Assembly (NCBI GenBank): GCA_034521635.1
Contig: JAXHMC010000031.1
Location: 62,677-126,676, forward strand
DNA from: Trueperaceae bacterium
GTDB taxonomy: Bacteria; Deinococcota; Deinococci; Deinococcales; Trueperaceae
Reading direction: 5' to 3'
Length of the DNA: 64,000 nt
The notes beneath the pieces are model-generated. The model was not told the origin of the DNA and searched no databases. It saw nothing but the letters and a program-made list of their open reading frames with translations. Shown piece by piece: positions 23,082 through 33,299 of this stretch; the stretch's first letter is position 1; the number at the start of each line of letters is the position of its first letter. The translations under genes and the position numbers were made by a program.

Positions 23082-24296
23082 CTACGACGACGCTGTTTCG
23101 ACCTCTTTCTGATCGGGAATTCCGGCCTTCTGCTCTTTGGTCCAGGTCGAGGTGCACGGAATCTTGCTAAGGTCGACGCGGTCGGCGTACTTTTTGGCGA
23201 TCTCGGTCACTTCCATCAGCAGACCCTGCTCGAGCGTGGTGGGGTTGAGGCCGAGGTCTAGAAACAGGTCGTTCTTGACGTGGAGCTCGTTTTCGGGCGC
23301 CTCTTTGCGGGGGTTGTCGAGGTAGGCGATGTCGGCGCCGGTCAGCTCGCTAATCCGCTCGGCGAGGTCGCGCACCCTATGGGTTTCGGTCATCTGGTTG
23401 AGGATCTTGACCCGTTCGCCCGGTGCGGGCGGGTTTTCGAGGGCGAGCTGTACACAGCGCACCGTGTCGCGGATATGGATAAAGGCGCGGGTCTGACCGC
23501 CGGTGCCGTGGACGGTAAGCGGATAGCCGACCGCCGCCTGCATCAGAAAACGGTTGAGGACGGTGCCGTAGTCGCCGTCGTAGTCGAAGCGGTTGACGAG
23601 CCGCTCGTCGCGCCCGGTTTCGGGGGTGTTGGTGCCCCACACGATGCCCTGGTGCAGGTCGGTGACGCGGACGCCGTCGTTCTTGTTGTAGTAGCTAAAG
23701 ATCAGCTGGTCGAGCGTCTTGGTCATGTGGTAGATGCTGCCGGGGTTGGTCGGGTAGAGGATCTGCTGCATCAGGCGGTCGCCCTCGTCGTTGACCACTT
23801 CGACGTCTAGATAACCTTCGGGGATCTTCATCCCGGCGGTGCCGTAGCCGTACACGCCCATGGTGCCGAGGTGGGCGATGTGGATGTCGAGGCCCGACTC
23901 GACCACCGCGCAGAGCAGGTTGTGGGTGACGCTAATGTTGTTGTTGACGGTGTAGCGCTTGTGACCGGGCGACTTCATCGAGTAGGGCGCGGCGCGCTGT
24001 TCGGCGAAGTGCACCACGGCGTCGGGCTCGAAGTCTTGGAGCAGGGTGAGCAGCCGGTGGTACTGGTCGTCGAGGTTGAGGTTGACGAAGCGGATCTCTT
24101 TGCCGGTCAGCTCTTTCCAGGCCGCTAAGCGGGTACCCATCGGCTGGATGGGGGTGAGCGACTCGGCTTCGAGCTCGTTGTCGATGTTGCGCCGCGACAG
24201 GTTGTCGACGATGACGATGTCGTGACCGAGGTTCGACAGGTGGAGCGCGGTCGGCCAGCCGCAGAAGCCGTCGCCGCCTAAAATGATAACTTTCAT
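23082..24296 (-). CDS. sqdB: UDP-sulfoquinovose synthase (SDR family)
   Basis: Strong resemblance to SQD1/SqdB throughout: ILGGDGFCGWPTALHLS, VDNLSRR, ESLTPIQP, FEPDAVVHFAEQRAAPYSM, LGTMGVYGY, NRFLMQAAVGYPLTVHGTGGQTRAFIHIRDTVRCVQLAL. Confidence 0.9.
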   Translation of the reverse strand: MKVIILGGDGFCGWPTALHLSNLGHDIVIVDNLSRRNIDNELEAESLTPIQPMGTRLAAWKELTGKEIRFVNLNLDDQYHRLLTLLQDFEPDAVVHFAEQRAAPYSMKSPGHKRYTVNNNISVTHNLLCAVVESGLDIHIAHLGTMGVYGYGTAGMKIPEGYLDVEVVNDEGDRLMQQILYPTNPGSIYHMTKTLDQLIFSYYNKNDGVRVTDLHQGIVWGTNTPETGRDERLVNRFDYDGDYGTVLNRFLMQAAVGYPLTVHGTGGQTRAFIHIRDTVRCVQLALENPPAPGERVKILNQMTETHRVRDLAERISELTGADIAYLDNPRKEAPENELHVKNDLFLDLGLNPTTLEQGLLMEVTEIAKKYADRVDLSKIPCTSTWTKEQKAGIPDQKEVETASS

Positions 24297-24516
24297 AAGA
24301 TTCCTCCGGGGGCTCGAGCCAGATTGTACCCCGCTTTGGTCGCGGGTCGCCGCTTACGGTGCAGGGCAGATAGAGATGACGTTGCAAAAGATGGGGGGCT
24401 CGAGCCCGCATCCGCACCAGTCTAACACCTCACAAAACGGGCCGGGGTGTGTTTCGCTGCTCACCCCGGCCCGGTCTTTCCGTCTCGGTCCTTCTGTTTC
24501 GGTTGTGTGGGTGGGC

Positions 24517-25725
24517 CTAACGCACCAGCGACGACTTGACCTTGCGCCGCCACTCGCGCCACTGCCGCTTAAAGAAGCGCCGCCGGTAGCTCTGCGCGCC
24601 CGCTTTCCACTCGCCGGACTTGATAAATGACCAGATCGAGATCGTGGCGATAAAGAAGGGGTGCAGCAGCGCCCACATCACGGTCTGCCAGCCCCACATG
24701 TCGCGCCGCTCGAGCTGCCCGGTACCGATATACATGCCGGTAAACTCGACGGCCAGCTTGACCGCCCAGAGCCCGAACACGTAGGGCGCCAGCGCCGGAA
24801 AGAAGGGCGTGAGCAGCACCGCGAGCGAGAGCATGATGCTCTGAAAACCGAGCGTGCCGATACTCGCCAAAAACGCCGGGTGGTAGTGCACCACGTGGTG
24901 GTAGCGCGACACCCAGCGCCGTCGCTGGTTTAGAAACGCCCCGAGACTCGGCATTGGCTGGGTGAGGACGCGGGTTTCGGGCGCGCTCGCGAACACCACC
25001 CGGACCCCCTCGAGCCGCCCGATCCGCTGCGTGAGCACGTCCTCGTCGCCGCTCGGTGCCCGTCCGCCCGCTCCGAAGCCGCCGATCGCCTCGAACGCGC
25101 TGCGCCGGTAGGCCTGGTTGTTGGCGGTGCTCGCAAACTTCCAACCGAAGTGGGTGAGCGAACGGGCGGTCAGCATCAGCGACAGCCAGTCGATCGCTTC
25201 GAAGCGCTGCACCGGCCCGACCTCGTCGCCGGGTTGGGTGGTTTCGACGTGGCCGATCACCATCGCGACGTCGGGCTCGAAGTGCGACACTAAGCCGTGA
25301 ATCCAGCCTTCGGGGTAGATGCAGTCGGCGTCGCTCGTAATGATGATGGTGCCGCTCGAGCCCTGAATGCCGTGATCGACCGCGTTCACTTTCGGCGCGA
25401 AGCGTCGGCTCGGCTCCGTCACGTCGAGCCGCCTAAAACGCGGGTCCTGCTCGACAAACCGGTCGATAATCGCGCCGGTCGCGTCGACCGACCGGTCGTT
25501 TACGATCACGAACTCGACTTTGCCGCTGTAGCGCTGCTCGCTAAGCGACGCGAGCGTCGAGCCGAGCTTGTCTTCTTCGTTATGGGCCGGAATGACCACC
25601 GACACACTCGGCGTTGCGTCGGTATAGGGGCGGCGTTGGGCCCGAAACATCCCGACGATCACCATCAGCATCAGGCCGATGTAGGGGATGACGAGCAGGT
25701 AGAGGGGCACCAGAAAAAAGGTCAT
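24517..25725 (-). CDS. Family-2 glycosyltransferase, membrane-integrated
   Basis: N-terminal TM, then the GT2 core (VSVVIPAHNEEDKLGSTLASLSEQ ... TSDADCIYPEGW), then C-terminal TM helices. Lies upstream of, and co-directional with, sqdB. Confidence 0.75.
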   Translation of the reverse strand: MTFFLVPLYLLVIPYIGLMLMVIVGMFRAQRRPYTDATPSVSVVIPAHNEEDKLGSTLASLSEQRYSGKVEFVIVNDRSVDATGAIIDRFVEQDPRFRRLDVTEPSRRFAPKVNAVDHGIQGSSGTIIITSDADCIYPEGWIHGLVSHFEPDVAMVIGHVETTQPGDEVGPVQRFEAIDWLSLMLTARSLTHFGWKFASTANNQAYRRSAFEAIGGFGAGGRAPSGDEDVLTQRIGRLEGVRVVFASAPETRVLTQPMPSLGAFLNQRRRWVSRYHHVVHYHPAFLASIGTLGFQSIMLSLAVLLTPFFPALAPYVFGLWAVKLAVEFTGMYIGTGQLERRDMWGWQTVMWALLHPFFIATISIWSFIKSGEWKAGAQSYRRRFFKRQWREWRRKVKSSLVR

Positions 25726-26123
25726 AGTTACTCCGTACGTTAGGGAGAGTCTGCACAGCGACCGCTCGGAGCGGTGTGTCCGTAGCCAGGACGCTGTCGT
25801 TGAAGTCGCGGGTCGTTAGGGTCACGGGTCGTTAAGGTCGCGGGGCTGTCGTTAACGCCTTTGCGTGAAGCATCTCTGTCTGTAGGGTCGTCGGTAAGGT
25901 TTTGAAGACATGATGAAAATGAAGTCACCGGGCTAAAGTCTATCACGGTTCGGGGCTGAATGTACGGTCTCGTTAATGGTTATGGGGAGCGTCCTTCTTT
26001 CTGCGGTGTCGCGCCGACCACGCGCGCCGACCGCCGTACTGCCGACCGTACCGACCGTGCTCGCGCTGCGAACGGGCTCGTAACCCTACCCGCACGCGCC
26101 TTCGCATCACATACAATGCAGCT

Positions 26124-26468
26124 ATGAGTCAGAAGCTATCGGAGATTAACCTAAAAGTCTACCTCGACGACGAAAACGTTCCCGACACCATCGAGTGGCA
26201 GGCCACCGACGCCCCCGAACCGGGCATGCAGGAGGCCAAGGCGATGATGATCTCGTTGTGGGACGCCGACGCGCGTAACGCGCTCCGGATCGACCTCTGG
26301 ACCAAGGACATGTCGATCGACGATATGAACGACTTCTTCTTTCAGGTGCTGCTCACCATGGCCGACACCTATAAGCGGGCGACCAACAACAAGGAGATTA
26401 TGGCCGATATGAAGCAGTTCGCCCGCGAATTCGCCGAAAAAGCCTCGGAGCAGACCTCCCAGTCGTAG
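26124..26468 (+). CDS. GldC-like protein
   Basis: 114 aa. The pattern LKVYLDDENVPDTIEWQATDAP...EAKAMMISLWDADARNALRIDLWTKDMSIDDMNDFFFQVLLTMADTYKRAT resembles gliding-motility-associated GldC. Confidence 0.6.
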   Translation: MSQKLSEINLKVYLDDENVPDTIEWQATDAPEPGMQEAKAMMISLWDADARNALRIDLWTKDMSIDDMNDFFFQVLLTMADTYKRATNNKEIMADMKQFAREFAEKASEQTSQS

Positions 26469-26623
26469 CCTAGTCCAGTCGTGGCTTGGTCGTGCCCTAG
26501 TTAGTCGTACTCGGTTGTAGTCCGGTTATGTTGTAGTCCGGTTGCAGCGCGATCACACCTACGAGCCGACCGATGGAGACGTGCACCGTGGTGTCCGGGC
26601 GCTCGGGGCGCTAGACTGCAACG

Positions 26624-27874
26624 ATGAAACAGCTTTTAGCAGCGATTGTCTGGAGCGTGCTGGTCGTGTCGGGGTGGGCGGCAGCGCAAGACCACGACCG
26701 GATTGCCTATATCGACCCGCAAGGACGCCTCGCGACGACCGACCTTAGCGGCAACGCCCGCACCCTTACCGACGAGGGGCGGGTGTTTCAGTTTCCGGCC
26801 TGGGCGCCGGACGGGTCGCCGCACCTAGCCGCGATCGGGGCGGCGCCGGGCGAGGTCGGGGTGTACGTCGTCGCCGACGAAGAGGAGGCCGAGGTGCGGA
26901 CGCTCTTTGCCGACACTCCGCCGGTCTACCTCTACTGGACGCCCGACGCGTCCGCCGTTAGCTTTATCGCCAACCGCCCCGGCAACACGTTCGGACTCTA
27001 TCTCGCGCCTAACGAAGACGATACCGCTGCCGAACTGCTCTACGAAGGCGCTCCGTTCTACTGGCGTTGGGACGCGCGCAGCGAGCGCGCTCTCGTTCAC
27101 GTCAACCTCGGCAGCGCCGACGCTCGCATCGGTTGGGTGTCGCGTGACAATCCCGACACGCTAGACGAAAACGCCGCGACCCCTGGTCGGTTCCAGGCTC
27201 CCGACATCTCGGTAAGCGGCGATTTTCTCGCCTTCGCCGAACAGGACGCCCTCGGAAGCAGCCGCCTCGTTATCGACTCGGTCGACGACGCGACGACAAC
27301 CGAACGCCGCGAACTGCCTCACGACGGTCTGGTCGCCTTTGCCTGGAGCCCGACCACCGACGACCTCGCGCTGATTAGCTCGCCGTCGCCGTCACCACAC
27401 TACTACGGGCCGCTACAACTTTTGGAGGCCGATACCGGAAACCTCGAAACCTTAGTCGACGACGTGGTGCTGGCTTTTTTCTGGTCGCCCGACGGTCGCT
27501 ATCTCGCCTACCTCACCCCTCTGTCTGGGGGCGGCAGCGAAAACGTCGCTGCAGCGAGGCAGTTGCAGCGCGTCTCGCAGACGTTACGACCGGCCCAGCA
27601 GGCCCCGCTACTTCTCAACCTTTCCGTGTACGACACGGATACCGGCGATAGTACGCTGCTGAGCACGTTCGCGCCGAGCCCCTTGTTCCTCGTCCAGTTT
27701 CTACCCTTTTTCGACCAGTACGCCCGTAGCCACCAGCTCTGGTCGCCCCGCAGCGACGCTATCGTCTTACCGATGCTCGACGGACAGACCCAGTCGCGGG
27801 TCACGGTGGTGTCGGTAGACGGTACGATCACGCCTCTGGCCCGGGGCGACCTGCCGTTCTGGAGCGTCCGCTAA
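26624..27874 (+). CDS. Secreted PD40/TolB-like beta-propeller repeat protein
   Basis: Signal peptide. Repeated xWSPDGxxLAF-type PD40 motifs (FPAWAPDGS, YLYWTPDAS, FAWSPTTDDLAL, FFWSPDGRYLAYL). Confidence 0.6.
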   Translation: MKQLLAAIVWSVLVVSGWAAAQDHDRIAYIDPQGRLATTDLSGNARTLTDEGRVFQFPAWAPDGSPHLAAIGAAPGEVGVYVVADEEEAEVRTLFADTPPVYLYWTPDASAVSFIANRPGNTFGLYLAPNEDDTAAELLYEGAPFYWRWDARSERALVHVNLGSADARIGWVSRDNPDTLDENAATPGRFQAPDISVSGDFLAFAEQDALGSSRLVIDSVDDATTTERRELPHDGLVAFAWSPTTDDLALISSPSPSPHYYGPLQLLEADTGNLETLVDDVVLAFFWSPDGRYLAYLTPLSGGGSENVAAARQLQRVSQTLRPAQQAPLLLNLSVYDTDTGDSTLLSTFAPSPLFLVQFLPFFDQYARSHQLWSPRSDAIVLPMLDGQTQSRVTVVSVDGTITPLARGDLPFWSVR

Positions 27875-27892
27875 CGTCCGACACGCATCACG

Positions 27893-28702
27893 CTACAACC
27901 CGACGCTGCGGTTGTCGTGCGGTCTTAGTTTGTACGGGATACAGAGCGGCACACCCGTGCGCGGGTCGGTGATGATGTCGGCGTCGATAGCAAAGACCTG
28001 ACGTAAGATCTCGGGCGTCATCACCTCGGCGGGGCTGCCTTCGGCGGCGATAGTACCTTCGGCAATCGCGACCATGTGGTGGGCGAAGCGCGACGCGTGG
28101 TTGAGGTCGTGGACGACCATGATAATGGTGCGGCCCTCGTCGCGGTTGAGGCGAGAGAGGAGCTCGAGCACCTCGAGCTGGTGCGCCATATCTAAAAACG
28201 TCGTCGGCTCGTCTAACAGCAAAACATCGGTACCCTGCGCCAACGCCATCGCGATCCAAGCCCGTTGCCGCTGACCGCCCGACAGGTTACCGACAGGCCG
28301 GTCGGCGAAGACGGTCATGCCGGTCATCGACAGCGCCCAGTCGATGATGTCGCGGTCTTCTGGGCCGAGGCCGTTAAAGCCGCGCTGGTGCGGAAAGCGC
28401 CCGTAGCTGACCAGCTCTCTAACCCGTAGGCCTTCGGGGGCGTCGGGGTTCTGGGGCAGGATGGCGAGTCGTTGGGCGACTTTTTTCGTCGACAGCGCAT
28501 GGATCGCCTTACCGTCTAGGTAGGCGGCACCTTCGCGGGGGCGCAAAACGCGGGCGAGCGCCTTGAGAATCGTCGACTTGCCCGAACCGTTCGCGCCGAC
28601 GAGCGCGATCACTTTACCTACCGGTAGCGTTAGGTTGAGGTCGCGAACGATAAGATGCTCGTAGTAGCCGAGTGAGAGATGTTCGGTATGCAGGTTCGCC
28701 AT
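27893..28702 (-). CDS. Iron-siderophore ABC transporter ATP-binding protein (FecE/FepC family)
   Basis: Walker [10 protein letters not shown], signature LSGGQRQR, Walker [12 protein letters not shown]. Confidence 0.85.
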   Translation of the reverse strand: MANLHTEHLSLGYYEHLIVRDLNLTLPVGKVIALVGANGSGKSTILKALARVLRPREGAAYLDGKAIHALSTKKVAQRLAILPQNPDAPEGLRVRELVSYGRFPHQRGFNGLGPEDRDIIDWALSMTGMTVFADRPVGNLSGGQRQRAWIAMALAQGTDVLLLDEPTTFLDMAHQLEVLELLSRLNRDEGRTIIMVVHDLNHASRFAHHMVAIAEGTIAAEGSPAEVMTPEILRQVFAIDADIITDPRTGVPLCIPYKLRPHDNRSVGL

Positions 28703-28784
28703 CGAAACTCCTGTCGAAACTCTTGTCGAAATTGTTGTCGCAAGAAATGTTGGGATGGTCGTCGCAAAGCCGCCGCGGGATCAT

Positions 28785-29942
28785 TTAGCCCCGGGTCTTG
28801 GCGAGTAGATAGAGAAAGTAGGGTGCCCCGATCGCCGCGACGACGACGCCGACCGGCATCTCGACGGGGGCGAAGAGGTTGCGGGCGAGACTGTCCGCGA
28901 CGACGAGCAGCAAGGCGCCCGCTAGAGCAGTCGTCGGAAGCATCACGCGGTGGTTCGGGCCGACCAGCCGCCGCGCGAGGTGTGGGCCGACCAGGCCGAC
29001 AAAGCCGATACCGCCGCCGACCGCGACCGCCGAACCCGCTAACGCGACCGCGACGCCAAGCAGGATAAGCCGCTGCCGCTCTACTGCCGCCCCGAGCCCG
29101 GTCGCGAGCATGTCGCCGAGACTAAGAACGTCAAGGGTGCGGGCCTTCGCGAAGGTCAGCGGGACGAGGAGCAGCGTCCAGGGGAGGAGTGCGAACACGT
29201 AGTCCCAACTCGTTCCGGCGATCGTGCCCGACAGCCAAGCGACGGCGTAGCTGTAGAGCTGTCGGTCCATCCGCATTGACAAGACCAGTATAGTGGCGGC
29301 GATCCCGGCGTTGATAGCGATACCGACGAGCAGCAGACGCGACGGGGTGACGCTGCCATCTTTATAGGCCAGCGCGTAGATGAGGGCGGCGGTCGCGGCG
29401 GCGCCTAAAAAGGCGACGGCGGGTAGGAGAAACGCCGAAGAACCTGTCCCCACAATCAACAGCCCCACCACAGCCAAGCCCGCACCCGCGTTGATCCCTA
29501 AAATTCCCGGATCGGCTAAGCCGTTTTGAGACACGCTCTGCAGGATCGCGCCGGAGAGTGCTAGGCTTCCGCCGACGAGCAGGGCGAGCACGATACGGGG
29601 CAGGCGAAACTGAAACAGCACGAGCTCCTGTTGGGAGGTTCCTTGGCCGAAAAAGGTTTTTAGGACGTCGACGGGCGGAATCTTGATAAAGCCGAGGTTG
29701 AGGCTAACGAGCACCGCGACGACGATCAGCAGGGCGAGCGTCACCATGACCACCGCGGGATCAGAGCCCCGTTGCAGTGCACGAACGAGTGCCCAGAAGC
29801 GTCCGAGGGCGCTCCGGTCTTGCGGTTTACCGTAGGCTTTATCGTCTCGTGTCCGGTCGTCGTGATCGGCGGACGGTACTCCGGCGTCGCGAGATTGTGG
29901 GCCGCGCTTCGGGCTGTGTCGATCGAGACCGCTCGCCATCAC
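28785..29942 (-). CDS. FecCD-family iron-siderophore ABC permease
   Basis: Polytopic membrane protein with the FecCD pattern (...LSLGDMLATGLG..., ...GIGFVGLVGPHLAR...). Overlaps the next permease gene by 4 nt. Confidence 0.85.
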   Translation of the reverse strand: MMASGLDRHSPKRGPQSRDAGVPSADHDDRTRDDKAYGKPQDRSALGRFWALVRALQRGSDPAVVMVTLALLIVVAVLVSLNLGFIKIPPVDVLKTFFGQGTSQQELVLFQFRLPRIVLALLVGGSLALSGAILQSVSQNGLADPGILGINAGAGLAVVGLLIVGTGSSAFLLPAVAFLGAAATAALIYALAYKDGSVTPSRLLLVGIAINAGIAATILVLSMRMDRQLYSYAVAWLSGTIAGTSWDYVFALLPWTLLLVPLTFAKARTLDVLSLGDMLATGLGAAVERQRLILLGVAVALAGSAVAVGGGIGFVGLVGPHLARRLVGPNHRVMLPTTALAGALLLVVADSLARNLFAPVEMPVGVVVAAIGAPYFLYLLAKTRG

Positions 29943-31039
29943 ATCCCCCGGCGGTCGCGCCGCGCCAGATAGAGGAAGAAGGGGACGCCGACGAGCGCGG
30001 TAATGAGGCCGACCGGCGTCTCGAAGGGCGGGTTGACCATCCGCGCGCCGAGGTCGGAGAGGACGAACAGCAACCCGCCGAGCAGCGCCGAACTAGGGAT
30101 AATCCAGCGGTAGTCGAGCCCGACTAAGAAACGAGCGATGTGCGGGATGACCAGGCCGATAAAGCCGACGCCGCCCGCAATCGCGACCGCCGCGCCAGCG
30201 AGCAGCAGCGTGACGAGCGTCCCGCATACCTTGACAAGCCCGGTGCGCTGGCCGAGGCCGACGGCGATGTCGTCTCCCAAGCTCAAGATGGTGATGTTCG
30301 GCGCGATCACGAGCGCCCCGATGATTCCGGCGGCAAACCAGGGCAGCAGCAGCACGACCTGTTTCCAGCGGACGCCCTGAACACCGCCGGCGGTGTAGAA
30401 GAGCACGTCCTGCGCGAGATCGTAGTAGATGACGAGGCCGGTCGTGAGCGAGGTGAGTAACGCGGCGACGGCGGCACCGGCGAGGGCGAGTTTGACGGGC
30501 GTCAGGCCGCCGCGCGAGAGCGCCCCGACCCCGTACACGAGCGAAGCGCCGAACGCGGCCCCTAAAAACGACACCACAATCAGGCTGCTGTAGCTAAGCC
30601 CCGGCAGAAACGCGAAGGCGAGCACCAGAAAAAAGCCCGCGCCGGCGTTAAGGCCGAGCAGCGACGGGCTCGCGAGCGGGTTGCGGGTCATGCCCTGCAT
30701 CACCGCGCCAGCGACCGCGAAGCACGCCCCGACCATGACGCCGACGACCACGCGGGGAAGGCGGATCTCCTGGATAATCTGGTGGGCGGTGAGGTCGGGA
30801 TTATAGGCGAAGATCGCCGACCAGACGGTTCTGATGTCGATGTTCGCGGCGCCGACCGAGACCGACCAGGCCATCGCGCCGACGAGGGCGAGTGCCGACC
30901 CCAACAGCAAAAATACCGCCGCGGTAGGACGGGAGGGTACGCGGGGCGGGGTGGGGATGGGTCTCTGCGGTGAGGGTGAAGAGGCTTCCCCTCGGTTCTG
31001 CCTAAGCGTCATCGGCGCTACACCGTCCCCGTACCGCAC
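29939..31039 (-). CDS. FecCD-family iron-siderophore ABC permease (second subunit)
   Basis: FecCD pattern (ILSLGDDIAVGLG, GVGFIGLVIPHIAR). Confidence 0.85.
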   Translation of the reverse strand: MRYGDGVAPMTLRQNRGEASSPSPQRPIPTPPRVPSRPTAAVFLLLGSALALVGAMAWSVSVGAANIDIRTVWSAIFAYNPDLTAHQIIQEIRLPRVVVGVMVGACFAVAGAVMQGMTRNPLASPSLLGLNAGAGFFLVLAFAFLPGLSYSSLIVVSFLGAAFGASLVYGVGALSRGGLTPVKLALAGAAVAALLTSLTTGLVIYYDLAQDVLFYTAGGVQGVRWKQVVLLLPWFAAGIIGALVIAPNITILSLGDDIAVGLGQRTGLVKVCGTLVTLLLAGAAVAIAGGVGFIGLVIPHIARFLVGLDYRWIIPSSALLGGLLFVLSDLGARMVNPPFETPVGLITALVGVPFFLYLARRDRRGM

Positions 31040-31162
31040 GGCAAAACACCGTAAGACGGATTCGATCGATCCTGGTCCATAATATCCTTCTCTGTCCGAA
31101 CATTCTTATTTAGATGCCTTCTGGGTTCGGTATCTATACGCTTAACGGTCTAAGAAACTCTG

Positions 31163-32173
31163 TTAGCTGCCGACGGTCGGCGTCGCGATCCGGTCGAGCG
31201 CCGTAACCCGGTACTGCGGATAGCAGTAGAGCTTGTCGTCACCCGTCGAGGACGGCGTCGCGACCGCTGCTTCGCGCTCGACATACGCCTTGTACGCCCC
31301 GCCCCGACCGTCGGCGCTCTCGAAGTCGAGCCGCACCTCGGCCCAGCTCGGTTCGTCGGCGTCGTCCTGCGCGACCGTAACGCCACTTTTAGCGTAGTCG
31401 AGCCAGGCCCACCCCTCGCGCATCAGCGCTTCGCGTTCGGCGGCCTGTAAAAAGCTGTGCTCGAGCCCCGACCAGCCTCGGTAGTGACCGTAGAAGTCAC
31501 GGACATCGCCCTGACGTGTAAGCAACCGGGTAGGCTTGTCGCCGTCGATATAGGCCCAGTAGCGTCCGGCGGGTAGCTCTAAGAGCGTCGGGGCGAACAC
31601 GTGGCCGCCGAAGTGCGAAACGCGCCAGACCCGGACACCCTCCGGGGCGTGTGCTTGTAGCGCTTCGTAGAGCGGATAGCCGAACTTCGCGCAGGCGGCG
31701 TCGACGCTGCCGTGGTTGCAGACGAGCAGGTCGCGGGTCGTGCGGGGCGCCTCGCGGTAACGCTCGAAGCTCGGCAGGTCGCTTGGCTCCATCAGCAGCG
31801 CCCAGAAAAACGGTCCGACCCCCTCCTCGGGGAGCAGATACTCGGTCTTGTTAAAGTCGGCGAAACGGCCTCGGGGGCGCCGGTGCACCATCACCCGGCG
31901 GTAGCCACGCCTGGCACTTTCGGGGTCGGGAACGACTGCGAGGGGCCGCAGCCTCGGGCGGGGCGTTGCGACAAACGGCCACACTGCGTCGGCGGGTTGA
32001 AGCCAGAGTTCGACCAGGCGCCGCAGTTCGTCCGGGAGCTGTTCGCTCTGCCAGAGGTTACGCGGCCACGGCAGCGGCATCTCTAAGGTAATAAAGATGT
32101 CGGCGACGCCCGCGTAGCCCCCGGGATCGAGGTTTTTCTCGCGAGCGACGACATTACAGAAGTCTGTGCTCAT
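31163..32173 (-). CDS. Apd1/Aim32-like thioredoxin-like [2Fe-2S] ferredoxin (sucrase/ferredoxin-like family, PF06999-like)
   Basis: Cys2His2 cluster-ligand motifs of Apd1-type TLFs: C-N-H-GSVD-AAC (CxHx5C) and SHFGGHVFAP (HxGGH). Embedded in the siderophore-uptake operon. Confidence 0.55.
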   Translation of the reverse strand: MSTDFCNVVAREKNLDPGGYAGVADIFITLEMPLPWPRNLWQSEQLPDELRRLVELWLQPADAVWPFVATPRPRLRPLAVVPDPESARRGYRRVMVHRRPRGRFADFNKTEYLLPEEGVGPFFWALLMEPSDLPSFERYREAPRTTRDLLVCNHGSVDAACAKFGYPLYEALQAHAPEGVRVWRVSHFGGHVFAPTLLELPAGRYWAYIDGDKPTRLLTRQGDVRDFYGHYRGWSGLEHSFLQAAEREALMREGWAWLDYAKSGVTVAQDDADEPSWAEVRLDFESADGRGGAYKAYVEREAAVATPSSTGDDKLYCYPQYRVTALDRIATPTVGS

Positions 32174-32330
32174 ACAGATCCTTTCGGATTGTTAGGGGTG
32201 ACGTCGTAGCTGCGTGACGGTGTCGAGGTGACAGTTCGGGTCGACAGTTCGGTCGATGAGGGGACGGGGTCGGTCGCACGGTTTACGCATCCGCACGACC
32301 GACATAGCGACCGACATAGCGCTCGGCTGT

Positions 32331-33299
32331 TTACCAGCTACCCCGGACGGTGCGCTCGATAGCGGTTCCGGCGACCGCGTCCGCGACCTGCCGGTCGACG
32401 ATCGGCCCGGTCCAGGGGCTCATCCGCTCTAATTGATAGCGAATAATCGGTGCGTCCGAGCTTTCGATCAGCGCGAGGCTCTGCTCCTTACCTTCGAACG
32501 TGTCCCAGGCGACCGCGACCACGAGCGTATCGGCGTCGATCTGTACGAGCACCTCTTCGGAGACGAGCGTCCAGCCCTGCGGGTCGACCGTGACGCCCTC
32601 GGGGTAGGCGTAGCCGAAGCCGAGGGTGCGCATCACGGCGGCGATGCGGTCGTCGGTGTACATATAGACCTGGTTGCCGGTAAAGGGCGCGAGTACCAGG
32701 ACGTTGGGGTAGCGCTCGAACACGCCGGTGGTGCGAAGCTGCGCTTCTAACCCTGTGTAGTGTTCCGCTAACGCCTCGATCACCTCGTCCGCTCGCGCTT
32801 CTGCTTCGACGATCTTCGCCATCTCGCGGAGTGCGGCCTGCCAGCTTTCGGGAACGACTTGCGAAAACGACAGCGTCGGGGCGATGACGCTAAGCCGGTC
32901 GTAGCCCTCTTGGCCCCAGTAGGTGCGGATGATTAGGTCGGGTTGCAGCGCCAGAATCGCTTCGAGGTTCGGCTCGGTCCAGCTACCGACCACCGTGACG
33001 TCGGCGTAGGGGCTGTCGGCGAAGATGCTGTCCGCAAACGCTTCTGGGTCGATAGTGTTGTCGCTCGTGATCGCTTCGGGGCTGAGCCGCCCGGTCGCAA
33101 GGCCGACGACCGGCATGTCGAGCACCCAGGCGAGTTCGAGAATCTCCTCGCCGATAACGACGACGCGCTCGGGGTTGAGCGGCACTTCGGTCGACCCTTC
33201 GTCGTGGTCGATAGTGACGGTGTCCGTCGTGACCGCGTCTTGGGCGACGGCGACGCTAACGGTGAGCAGCAGCAGGATGCTAAGGATACGGGTAAACAT
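32331..33299 (-). CDS. Iron-siderophore ABC transporter substrate-binding protein
   Basis: Signal peptide. RVVVIGEEILELAWVLDMPVVG, EPNLEAILALQPDLII (FhuD/FecB-like). Confidence 0.8.
   Translation of the reverse strand: MFTRILSILLLLTVSVAVAQDAVTTDTVTIDHDEGSTEVPLNPERVVVIGEEILELAWVLDMPVVGLATGRLSPEAITSDNTIDPEAFADSIFADSPYADVTVVGSWTEPNLEAILALQPDLIIRTYWGQEGYDRLSVIAPTLSFSQVVPESWQAALREMAKIVEAEARADEVIEALAEHYTGLEAQLRTTGVFERYPNVLVLAPFTGNQVYMYTDDRIAAVMRTLGFGYAYPEGVTVDPQGWTLVSEEVLVQIDADTLVVAVAWDTFEGKEQSLALIESSDAPIIRYQLERMSPWTGPIVDRQVADAVAGTAIERTVRGSW

Noticed and set aside
24569-25144. 191-aa minus-strand ORF nested in the GT2 gene in another frame
   Set aside because: Overlapping alternative frame of a motif-supported GT2 gene. 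Arg-rich composition.
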